From Eimeria praecox (taxonomy: Eukaryota), in contig OY986946.1 of NCBI GenBank assembly GCA_963920595.1, forward strand, positions 1,054,001 to 1,118,000: a DNA stretch of 64,000 nucleotides, written 5' to 3'. Every line of letters starts with the position of its first letter. Positions within the stretch are counted from its first letter, which is position 1. The position numbers were made by a program, and so were the translations under genes. Shown in pieces: positions 1 to 10,470 of this stretch. The notes under the pieces are model-generated. The model made no database searches, had not been told where the DNA came from, and worked only from the letters and a program-made list of their open reading frames with translations.

Positions 1-1116
1 ACTTTCCGGTATGGCGTAATACTCACGAATCCAAAAGAAGAAATCTCCAATTCAGACACCGAAGCTAAGAGGGCGAAAAATGCTTTTAAACGCGACCAAG
101 ATACGAAATCTACTGCTACTGTAGTTGTGAATGCCAGCTTTCCTCAGGAAAAGATAAGAGGAGAGAGGCCGCAGCCGCCTATTTAGCCATTCACGAGCTA
201 AGGAAATTGATGCGCAAGAACTCGACATCTCTGCCAAAGGCGGCCAGCACGGAACAGGGCAAAACGCCCTGGTCCTCGCGTAACGAGTGGAGCACTGATT
301 GGGCAGCAAGATGTGGCAACCTCACCTTCAGGTTCTTCTCGGGACAACTCAGTGCCTGGCCGAGTTTACTGTAGTAGTCGCGAGCTACCAGCCCTACTTG
401 ACTCGCACTGCGAACATCTGGTATCTGAAGCTAGGGAGCTGAGGTTCAGCCGGTTTGTCTATTGGCTGGCCCTGCAACTAGGTTTTCCTGACGGTGAATA
501 AGATACCAGCCTCGAGAAAAACATACGCACAAAACAAGAGCTCAATTCGGGAGTTGATCATATTACCATTAAGGGATTTTGACCCTGCCACAGCTCACCA
601 GGAAATAGCCTCACGCTTTCAGCGATTGGTTTAGCGTAAGCCGCAAGTGCGGCTTCCAGAAGATGCTTTCGATGTCTACGTGCTGGCCAGAGAGTGCGCC
701 TGTAAGCGCTCCAGCATCTGCATTCTCTAGTGTAAGAGAAAGGGATTCAGTCTCCCAATCAGGGAGGAGTAAGGAGAGTCCAACGGCGGAGAAATGCGTA
801 CACTCCGCCGTGATCGAACCATAAAGACACAAAAATGCTTTCTCTTCAATTAACTCCCCAGGAACTACAGTAGTTTATATACATGAAGGAAGGGTTCCCA
901 TATGCGCTAACTCGATGCAGTGTTTACGGCCTCCAGCGAACGGCTCAATACAACGTTATTATTTCACTATCTCTGGATCCTAAAGGCTTACACCAAGGTT
1001 CAAGCGGCAATCTCATCTTGAAGTAGCAGTTGAGAAGCAAGCGGCAACACGCTAAGAAATTCTACGCTCAACTGCTAAGTACTTCGAAGGCGGCGCTGTA
1101 TGTTTAGGATGCTGCG

Positions 1117-1400
1117 CATGCTCATTCGCGCACTCCTTAGTCCACTCGAGGCACACCGATGCACGAAATATCCCGACCAATAATACATGTGAGCTCAACT
1201 ATCCAAACAAACCCCTTCAAGCCTCTTCCCCATCATTGGCTTCCATTGTACTCACCAAACCCACCACACCGCCAATTCCAACCCACCCACTGCACAACTC
1301 CGACCGATTCACAAAAAACCTACCACCTCTGAGTATGCACTAACAAGAATCAAGCCTGCGAGTGAGCACCTTCCTCATCACTTCTGCTACCCTTGTGTAG
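1117..1400 (-). repeat. Degenerate inverted copy of the 5S intergenic spacer
   Basis: Reverse complement aligns with the 854-bp-unit spacer, e.g. CACTTCTGCTACCCTT, TGTACTCACC, CCCATCATT, CAAGCCTC, CTCAACT; left limit approximate. Confidence 0.85.
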
Positions 1401-1693
1401 CAGCGATCGGGAGACTGTGTGTATCGGTGTGGCTCGAGTGGAGTGAGGATTATGCAACGACATGAAGTATTTGTGGAGCACTTGCTTGTATTAAGGCGGT
1501 TAGGTTTGTGTTTGTTTACGTGTATCTAGAGGAGGAGTGTGTACGTGGGGATATTATGGAATGGGTGCGTGACTAGTTGAATTTCGCAGAGATAATGTGT
1601 ATGAGCATAGCGTAAGCATAGGAACGATGTGTTGATGATGCCGAGGGGTACGTTTGTGCATATAGAGATGATGGCAGAAGTGTGGGCGAGGCA

Positions 1694-1776
1694 GCACGGA
1701 TGCCCGAGTGGTTAAGGGGGTGGACTTAAGTTCCCCTGATCGGAAGATCGCGTGGGTTCGAACCCCACTCCGTGCA
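1694..1776 (+). tRNA. tRNA-Leu(TAA): tRNA-Leu (anticodon TAA), copy 1
   Basis: Cloverleaf: acceptor GCACGGA/TCCGTGC, discriminator A, D arm CCC-GAGTGGTTAA-GGG, anticodon loop CT-TAA-GT (TAA at 1727-1729), long variable arm GATC-GGAA-GATC, T arm GTGGG-TTCGAAC-CCCAC; one T:C mismatch in anticodon stem. Confidence 0.93.
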
Positions 1777-2165
1777 GACCACTGGCTCTTGAAAGGGCCC
1801 TCCTTGTTCGTCCTTCAAGGACGAGCTTATTGTGCTGCTATGGAGTACCAATATAATTGCTTTCCCAGTGCACAAAAGTATCCCTACAGAGCTTAAGTGG
1901 CATGCTTTGCTCGGCCTAGGACGCGACACTGCACGGGTACGTTAGTCCACGAGCATTACAATGGGTTCTTCGCTGAGCCTCTGGCAGATGAAATCTTCAT
2001 AAAGCACATTATCAAGAAAATCTAGTATTTAAATGCTTCACTTGATGTTTAAGTAGAACTTCACTTCGCGAGCGGCAGCGTTGTTAGGTGGTTGCCTGGC
2101 ATTTATTGTTGTCGAGTAAGCATAGGGATGTTAGGGTTATTCGTTGTTCGAATAGAATTTGGTTT

Positions 2166-2288
2166 GCCGTTGTCCATACTGCGGGGAGTGCACCAGATCC
2201 TATCTGACCTCTGAAGTTAAACGGAACAAGGCTCGGTTAGTACTGCTGTGCGGGACTCCGAAGGGATCTCTTTGGGTGATGACGGCCT
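2166..2288 (+). rRNA. 5S rRNA: Variant 5S rRNA-like gene (diverged paralog or pseudogene), copy 1
   Basis: Gapless alignment to the canonical 5S of this window with ~19/123 substitutions; retains CATAC, GAAGTTAA, GGTTAGTACT, GGGTGATGACGGC; followed by TTTT. Confidence 0.85.
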
Positions 2289-2290
2289 GA

Positions 2291-2294
2291 TTTT
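2291..2294 (+). terminator. Putative Pol III terminator (T4) after variant 5S; repeated in each 1364-bp unit
   Basis: First run of four or more T downstream of the tRNA start; further T4 runs follow at ~2362 and ~2432. Confidence 0.6.
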
Positions 2295-3057
2295 CTGTGT
2301 GCGCACAAGGAATCGCTTGGCATGATTACGCCCTCTCTTCTGTATATGCACATCGAATCTCTTTTGATGAGGGAAGCCATTCTTTCGACGAGGTGGGTGG
2401 GCAACGCACAAAACGCGGAACTCCATGCTTCTTTTCCATTCCTGGCCAGACAAATCGAGATGAAATCACCCAAGAGCGCTAGCGCTTTATCGTCCTGAAG
2501 CCCGCAACAACGCTAGGCCTCCATGCTACCTAGAGCAATCTAACCAGCTCCCCAGCTGTGGGGCACCTGTTTAGACAGTTTCCTGTACTTGAGTGGACGC
2601 CCAGAGTTTTGCTGATTTGGTTCTGGTTGGTTGTGAAATGTTCGGTGTTTGTGCATTGTGTTGGGCCGAAATGATGATAAGGTGCGGACGGTGAGTACAA
2701 AGGAGGGGAATGATGGGTACGAGGTTTGCAAGGGTTTCTATGGAGAGTTGAGCGCCTGTGTGTTAGCTGTCGGGAAGACTGTGTGTATTGGTGTGGCTCG
2801 AGTGGAGTGAGGATTATGCAACGACATGAAGTATTTGTGGAGCACTTGCTTGTATTAAGGCGGTTAGGTTTGTGTTTGTTTACGTGTATCTAGAGGAGGA
2901 GTGTGTACGTGGGGATATTATGGAATGGGTGCGTGACTAGTTGAATTTCGCAGAGATAATGTGTATGAGCATAGCGTAAGCATAGGAACGATGTGTTGAT
3001 GATGCCGAGGGGTACGTTTGTGCATATAGAGATGATGGCAGAAGTGTGGGCGAGGCA

Positions 3058-3140
3058 GCACGGATGCCCGAGTGGTTAAGGGGGTGGACTTAAGTTCCCC
3101 TGATCGGAAGATCGCGTGGGTTCGAACCCCACTCCGTGCA
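3058..3140 (+). tRNA. tRNA-Leu(TAA): tRNA-Leu (TAA), copy 2
   Basis: Identical to copy 1. Confidence 0.93.
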
Positions 3141-3529
3141 GACCACTGGCTCTTGAAAGGGCCCTCCTTGTTCGTCCTTCAAGGACGAGCTTATTGTGCT
3201 GCTATGGAGTACCAATATAATTGCTTTCCCAGTGCACAAAAGTATCCCTACAGAGCTTAAGTGGCATGCTTTGCTCGGCCTAGGACGCGACACTGCACGG
3301 GTACGTTAGTCCACGAGCATTACAATGGGTTCTTCGCTGAGCCTCTGGCAGATGAAATCTTCATAAAGCACATTATCAAGAAAATCTAGTATTTAAATGC
3401 TTCACTTGATGTTTAAGTAGAACTTCACTTCGCGAGCGGCAGCGTTGTTAGGTGGTTGCCTGGCATTTATTGTTGTCGAGTAAGCATAGGGATGTTAGGG
3501 TTATTCGTTGTTCGAATAGAATTTGGTTT

Positions 3530-3652
3530 GCCGTTGTCCATACTGCGGGGAGTGCACCAGATCCTATCTGACCTCTGAAGTTAAACGGAACAAGGCTCGG
3601 TTAGTACTGCTGTGCGGGACTCCGAAGGGATCTCTTTGGGTGATGACGGCCT
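3530..3652 (+). rRNA. 5S rRNA: Variant 5S rRNA-like gene, copy 2
   Basis: Identical to variant copy 1. Confidence 0.85.
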
Positions 3653-4421
3653 GATTTTCTGTGTGCGCACAAGGAATCGCTTGGCATGATTACGCCCTCT
3701 CTTCTGTATATGCACATCGAATCTCTTTTGATGAGGGAAGCCATTCTTTCGACGAGGTGGGTGGGCAACGCACAAAACGCGGAACTCCATGCTTCTTTTC
3801 CATTCCTGGCCAGACAAATCGAGATGAAATCACCCAAGAGCGCTAGCGCTTTATCGTCCTGAAGCCCGCAACAACGCTAGGCCTCCATGCTACCTAGAGC
3901 AATCTAACCAGCTCCCCAGCTGTGGGGCACCTGTTTAGACAGTTTCCTGTACTTGAGTGGACGCCCAGAGTTTTGCTGATTTGGTTCTGGTTGGTTGTGA
4001 AATGTTCGGTGTTTGTGCATTGTGTTGGGCCGAAATGATGATAAGGTGCGGACGGTGAGTACAAAGGAGGGGAATGATGGGTACGAGGTTTGCAAGGGTT
4101 TCTATGGAGAGTTGAGCGCCTGTGTGTTAGCTGTCGGGAAGACTGTGTGTATTGGTGTGGCTCGAGTGGAGTGAGGATTATGCAACGACATGAAGTATTT
4201 GTGGAGCACTTGCTTGTATTAAGGCGGTTAGGTTTGTGTTTGTTTACGTGTATCTAGAGGAGGAGTGTGTACGTGGGGATATTATGGAATGGGTGCGTGA
4301 CTAGTTGAATTTCGCAGAGATAATGTGTATGAGCATAGCGTAAGCATAGGAACGATGTGTTGATGATGCCGAGGGGTACGTTTGTGTATATAGAGATGAT
4401 GGCAGAAGTGTGGGCGAGGCA

Positions 4422-4504
4422 GCACGGATGCCCGAGTGGTTAAGGGGGTGGACTTAAGTTCCCCTGATCGGAAGATCGCGTGGGTTCGAACCCCACTCCG
4501 TGCA
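4422..4504 (+). tRNA. tRNA-Leu(TAA): tRNA-Leu (TAA), copy 3
   Basis: Identical to copy 1. Confidence 0.93.
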
Positions 4505-4893
4505 GACCACTGGCTCTTGAAAGGGCCCTCCTTGTTTGTCCTTCAAGGACGAGCTTATTGTGCTGCTATGGAGTACCAATATAATTGCTTTCCCAGTGCA
4601 CAAGAGTATCCCTACAAGGCTTAAGTGGCATGCTTTGCTCGGCCTAGGACGCTACACTGCACGGGTACGTTAGTCCACGAGCATTACAATCGGTTCTTCG
4701 CTGAGTCTCTGGCGGATGAAATCGTCATAAAGCACATTATCAAGAAAATCTGGTATTTAAATGGTTCACTTGATGTTTAAGTAGAACTTCACTTCGCGAG
4801 CGGCAGCGTTGTTAGGTGGTTGCCTGGCATTTATTGTTGTCGAGTAAGCATAGGGATGTTAGGGTTATTCGTTGTTCGAATAGAATTTGGTTT

Positions 4894-5016
4894 GCCGTTG
4901 TCCATACTGCGGGGAGTGCACCAGATCCTATCTGACCTCTGAAGTTAAACGGAACAAGGCTCGGTTAGTACTGCTGTGCGGGACTCCGAAGGGATCTCTT
5001 TGGGTGATGACGGCCT
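4894..5016 (+). rRNA. 5S rRNA: Variant 5S rRNA-like gene, copy 3
   Basis: Identical to variant copy 1. Confidence 0.85.
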
Positions 5017-5785
5017 GATTTTCTGTGTGCGCACAAGGAATCGCTTGGCATGATTACGCCCTCTCTTCTATATATGCGCATCGAATCTCGTTTGATGAGG
5101 GAAGCCATTCTTTCGATGAGGTGGGTGGGCAACGCACAAAACGCGGAACTCCATGCTTCTTTTCCATTCCTGGCCAGACAAATCGAGATGAAATCATCCA
5201 AGAGCGCTAGCGCTTTATCGTCCTGAAGCCCGCAACAACGCTAGGCCTCAATGCTACCTAGAGCAATCTAACCAGCTCCCCAGCTGTGGGGCAGCTGTTT
5301 AGACTGTTTCCTGTGCTTGAGTGGACACCCAGAGTTTTGCTGATTTGGTTCTGGTTGGTTGTGAAATGTTCGGTGTTTGTGCATTGTGTTGGGCTGAAAT
5401 GATGATAAGGTGCGGACGGTGAGTACAAAGGAGGGGAATGATGGGTACGAGGTTTGCAAGGGTTTCTATGGAGAGTTGAGCGCCTGTGTGTTAGCTGTCG
5501 GGAAGACTGTGTGTATTGGTGTGGCTCGAGTGGAGTGAGGATTATGCAACGACATGAAGTATTTGTGGAGCACTTGCTTGTATTAAGGCGGTTAGGTTTG
5601 TGTTTGTTTACGTGTATCTAGAGGAGGAGTGTGTACGTGGGGATATTATGGAATGGGTGCGTGACTAGTTGAATTTCGCAGAGATAATGTGTATGAGCAT
5701 AGCGTAAGCATAGGAACGATGTGTTGATGATGCCGAGGGGTACGTTTGTGTATATAGAGATGATGGCAGAAGTGTGGGCGAGGCA

Positions 5786-5868
5786 GCACGGATGCCCGAG
5801 TGGTTAAGGGGGTGGACTTAAGTTCCCCTGATCGGAAGATCGCGTGGGTTCGAACCCCACTCCGTGCA
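5786..5868 (+). tRNA. tRNA-Leu(TAA): tRNA-Leu (TAA), copy 4
   Basis: Identical to copy 1. Confidence 0.93.
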
Positions 5869-6257
5869 GACCACTGGCTCTTGAAAGGGCCCTCCTTGTT
5901 TGTCCTTCAAGGACGAGCTTATTGTGCTGCTATGGAGTACCAATATAATTGGTTTCCCAGTGCACAAGAGTATCCCTACAAGGCTTAAGTGGCATGCTTT
6001 GCTCGGCCTAGGACGCCACACTGCACGGGTACGTTAGTCCACGAGCATTACAATGGGTTCTTCGCTGAGCCTCTGGCGGATGAAATCGTCATAAAGCACA
6101 TTATCAAGAAAATCTGGTATTTAAATGGTTCACTTGATGTTTAAGTAGAATTTCACTTCGCGAGCGGCAGCGTTGTTAGGTGGTTGACTGGCATTTATTG
6201 TTGTCGAGTAAGCATAGGGATGTTAGGGTTATTCGTTGTGCGAATAGAATTTGGTTT

Positions 6258-6380
6258 GCCGTTGTCCATACTGCGGGGAGTGCACCAGATCCTATCTGAC
6301 CTCTGAAGTTAAACGGAACAAGGCTCGGTTAGTACTGCTGTGCGGGACTCCGAAGGGATCTCTTTGGGTGATGACGGCCT
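6258..6380 (+). rRNA. 5S rRNA: Variant 5S rRNA-like gene, copy 4
   Basis: Identical to variant copy 1. Confidence 0.85.
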
Positions 6381-7149
6381 GATTTTCTGTGTGCGCACAA
6401 GGAATCGCTTGGCATGATTACGCCCTCTCTTCTATATATGCACATCGAATCTCTTTTGATGAGGGAAGCCATTCTTTCGACGAGGTGGGTGGGCAACGCA
6501 CAAAACGCGGAACTCCATGCTTCTTTTCCATTCCTGGCCAGACAAATCGAGATGAAATCACCCAAGAGCGCTAGCGCTTTATCGTCCTGAAGCCCGCAAC
6601 AACGCTAGGCCTCAATGCTACCTAGAGCAATCTAACCAGCTCCCCAGCTGTGGGGCAGCTGTTTAGACAGTTTCCTGTGCTTGAGTGGACACCCAGAGTT
6701 TTGCTGATTTGGTTCTGGTTGGTTGTGAAATGTTCGGTGTTTGTGCATTGTGTTGGGCTGAAATGATGATAAGGTGCGGACGGTGAGTACAAAGGAGGGG
6801 AATGATGGGTACGAGGTTTGCAAGGGTTTCTATGGAGAGTTGAGCGCCTGTGTGTTAGCTGTCGGGAAGACTGTGTGTATTGGTGTGGCTCGAGTGGAGT
6901 GAGGATTATGCAACGACATGAAGTATTTGTGGAGCACTTGCTTGTATTAAGGCAGTTAGGTTTGTGTTTGTTTACGTGTATCTAGAGGAGGAGTGTGTAC
7001 GTGGGGATATTATGGAATGGGTGCGTGACTAGTTGAATTTCGCAGAGATAATGTGTATGAGCATAGCGTAAGCATAGGAACGATGTGTTGATGATGCCGA
7101 GGGGTACGTTTGTGTATATAGAGATGATGGCAGAAGTGTGAGCGAGGCA

Positions 7150-7232
7150 GCACGGATGCCCGAGTGGTTAAGGGGGTGGACTTAAGTTCCCCTGATCGGA
7201 AGATCGCGTGGGTTCGAACCCCACTCCGTGCA
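7150..7232 (+). tRNA. tRNA-Leu(TAA): tRNA-Leu (TAA), copy 5
   Basis: Identical to copy 1. Confidence 0.93.
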
Positions 7233-7621
7233 GACCACTGGCTCTTGAAAGGGCCCTCCTTGTTTGTCCTTCAAGGACGAGCTTATTGTGCTGCTATGGA
7301 GTACCAATATAATTGCTTTCCCAGTGCACAAAAGTATCCCTACAAGGCTTAAGTGGCATGCTTTGCTCGGCCTAGGACGCCACACTGCACGGGTACGTTA
7401 GTCCACGAGCATTACAATCGGTTCTTCGCTGAGTCTCTGGCGGATGAAATCGTCATAAAGCACATTATCAAGAAAATCTGGTATTTAAATGGTTCACTTG
7501 ATGTTTAAGTAGAACTTCACTTCGCGAGCGGCAGCGTTGTTAGGTGGTTGACTGGCATTTATTGTTGTCGAGTAAGCATAGGGATGTTAGGGTTATTCGT
7601 TGTGCGAATAGAATTTGGTTT

Positions 7622-7742
7622 GCCGTTGTCCATACTGCGGGGAGTGCACCAGATCCTATCTGACCTCTGAAGTTAAACGGAACAAGGCTCGGTTAGTACT
7701 GCTTTGCGGGACTCCGAAGGGATCTCTTGGTGATGACGGCCT
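7622..7742 (+). rRNA. 5S rRNA: Variant 5S rRNA-like gene, copy 5 (further damaged)
   Basis: As variant copy 1 but with a G>T change (GCTTTGCGGG) and a 2-nt deletion (CTCTTGGTG vs CTCTTTGGGTG). Confidence 0.8.
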
Positions 7743-8511
7743 GATTTTCTGTGTGCGCACAAGGAATCGCTTGGCATGATTACGCCCTCTCTTCTGTATA
7801 TGCACATCGAATCTCTTTTGATGAGGGAAGCCATTCTTTCGACGAGGTGGGTGGGCAACGCACAAAACGCGGAACTCCATGCTTCTTTTCCATTCCTGGC
7901 CAGACAAATCGAGATGAAATCACCCAAGAGCGCTAGCGCTTTATCGTCCTGAAGCCCGCAACAACGCTAGGCCTCCATGCTACCTAGAGCAATCTAACCA
8001 GCTCCCCAGCTGTGGGGCACCTGTTTAGACAGTTTCCTGTGCTTGAGTGGACACCCAGAGTTTTGCTGATTTGGTTCTGGTTGGTTGTGAGATGTTCGGT
8101 GTTCGTGCATTGTGTTGGGCTGAAATGATGATAAGGTGCGGACGGTGAGTACAAAGGAGGGGAATGATGGGTACGAGGTTTGCAAGGGTTTCTATGGAGA
8201 GTTGAGCGCCTGTGTGTTAGCCGTCGGGAAGACTGTGTGTATTGGTGTGGCTCGAGTGGAGTGAGGATTATGCAACGACATGAAGTATTTGTGGAGCACT
8301 TGCTTGTATTAAGGCGGTTAGGTTTGTGTTTGTTTACGTGTATCTAGAGGAGGAGTGTGTACGTGGGGATATTATGGAATGGGTGCGTGACTAGTTGAAT
8401 TTCGCAGAGATAATGTGTATGAGCATAGCGTAAGCATAGGAACGATGTGTTGATGATGCCGAGGGGTACGTTTGTGTATATAGAGATGATGGCAGAAGTG
8501 TGGGCGAGGCA

Positions 8512-8594
8512 GCACGGATGCCCGAGTGGTTAAGGGGGTGGACTTAAGTTCCCCTGATCGGAAGATCGCGTGGGTTCGAACCCCACTCCGTGCA
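8512..8594 (+). tRNA. tRNA-Leu(TAA): tRNA-Leu (TAA), copy 6
   Basis: Identical to copy 1. Confidence 0.93.
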
Positions 8595-8983
8595 GAGCGC
8601 TGGCTCTTGAAAGGGCCCTCCTTGTTTGTCCTTCAAGGACGAGCTTATTGTGCTGCTATGGAGTACCAGTACAATTGCTTTCCCAGTGCACAAGAGTATT
8701 CCTACAAGGCTTAAGTGGCATGCTTTGGTCGGCCTAGGACGCCACACTGCACGGGTACGTCAGTCCACGAGCATTACAATGGGCTCTTCGCTGAATCTCT
8801 GGCAGATGAAATCTTCATAAAGCACATTATCAAGAAAATCTGGTATTTAAATGGTTCACTTGATGTTTAAGTAGAACTTCACTTCGCGAGCGGCAGCGTT
8901 GTTAGGTGGTTGCCTGGCATTTATTGTTGTCGAGTAAGCATAGGGATGTTAGGGTTATTCGTTGTTCGAATAGAATTTGGTTT

Positions 8984-9106
8984 GCCGTTGTCCATACTGC
9001 GGGGAGTGCACCAGATCCTATCTGACCTCTGAAGTTAAACGGAACAAGGCTCGGTTAGTACTGCTGTGCGGGACTCCGAAGGGATCTCTTTGGGTGATGA
9101 CGGCCT
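8984..9106 (+). rRNA. 5S rRNA: Variant 5S rRNA-like gene, copy 6
   Basis: Identical to variant copy 1. Confidence 0.85.
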
Positions 9107-9875
9107 GATTTTCTGTGTGCGCACAAGGAATCGCTTGGCATGATTACGCCCTCTCTTCTATATATGCGCATCGAATCTCTTTTGATGAGGGAAGCCATTC
9201 TTTCGACGAGGTGGGTGGGCAACGCACAAAACGCGGAACTCCATGCTTCTTTTCCATTCCTGGCCAGACAAATCGAGATGAAATCACCCAAGAGCGCTAG
9301 CGCTTTATCGTCCTGAAGCCCGCAACAACGCTAGGCCTCCATGCTACCTAGAGCAATCTAACCAGCTCCCCAGCTGTGGGGCACCTGTTTAGACAGTTTC
9401 CTGTGCTTGAGTGGACACCCAGAGTTTTGCTGATTTGGTTCTGGTTGGTTGTGAGATGTTCGGTGTTCGTGCATTGTGTTGGGCTGAAATGATGATAAGG
9501 TGCGGACGGTGAGTACAAAGGAGGGGAATGATGGGTACGAGGTTTGCAAGGGTTTCTATGGAGAGTTGAGCGCCTGTGTGTTAGCCGTCGGGAAGACTGT
9601 GTGTATTGGTGTGGCTCGAGTGGAGTGAGGATTATGCAACGACATGAAGTATTTGTGGAGCACTTGCTTGTATTAAGGCGGTTAGGTTTGTGTTTGTTTA
9701 CGTGTATCTAGAGGAGGAGTGTGTACGTGGGGATATTATGGAATGGGTGCGTGACTAGTTGAATTTCGCAGAGATAATGTGTATGAGCATAGCGTAAGCA
9801 TAGGAACGATGTGTTGATGATGCCGAGGGGTACGTTTGTGTATATAGAGATGATGGCAGAAGTGTGGGCGAGGCA

Positions 9876-9958
9876 GCACGGATGCCCGAGTGGTTAAGGG
9901 GGTGGACTTAAGTTCCCCTGATCGGAAGATCGCGTGGGTTCGAACCCCACTCCGTGCA
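9876..9958 (+). tRNA. tRNA-Leu(TAA): tRNA-Leu (TAA), copy 7
   Basis: Identical to copy 1. Confidence 0.93.
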
Positions 9959-10347
9959 GAGCGCTGGCTCTTGAAAGGGCCCTCCTTGTTTGTCCTTCAA
10001 GGACGAGCTTATTGTGCTGCTATGGAGTACCAGTACAATTGCTTTCCCAGTGCACAAGAGTATTCCTACAAGGCTTAAGTGGCATGCTTTGGTCGGCCTA
10101 GGACGCCACACTGCACGGGTACGTTAGTCCACGAGCATTACAATGGGTTCTTCGCTGAGCCTCTGGCGGATGAAATCGTCATAAAGCACATTATCAAGAA
10201 AATCTGGTATTTAAATGGTTCACTTGATGTTTAAGTAGAATTTCACTTCGCGAGCGGCAGCGTTGTTAGGTGGTTGACTGGCATTTATTGTTGTCGAGTA
10301 AGCATAGGGATGTTAGGGTTATTCGTTGTGCGAATAGAATTTGGTTT

Positions 10348-10470
10348 GCCGTTGTCCATACTGCGGGGAGTGCACCAGATCCTATCTGACCTCTGAAGTT
10401 AAACGGAACAAGGCTCGGTTAGTACTGCTGTGCGGGACTCCGAAGGGATCTCTTTGGGTGATGACGGCCT
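10348..10470 (+). rRNA. 5S rRNA: Variant 5S rRNA-like gene, copy 7
   Basis: Identical to variant copy 1. Confidence 0.85.

Noticed and set aside
1..1100. Short ORFs in the left unique flank
   Set aside because: No recognisable motifs or consistent exon structure
1694..1776. Ochre suppressor tRNA
   Set aside because: The anticodon read 5'-3' is TAA, which decodes TTA (Leu); a suppressor of TAA would need anticodon TTA
2475..2486. Perfect 12-bp palindrome AGCGCTAGCGCT in each 1364-bp unit
   Set aside because: A single short palindrome copied by amplification; no independent evidence of function
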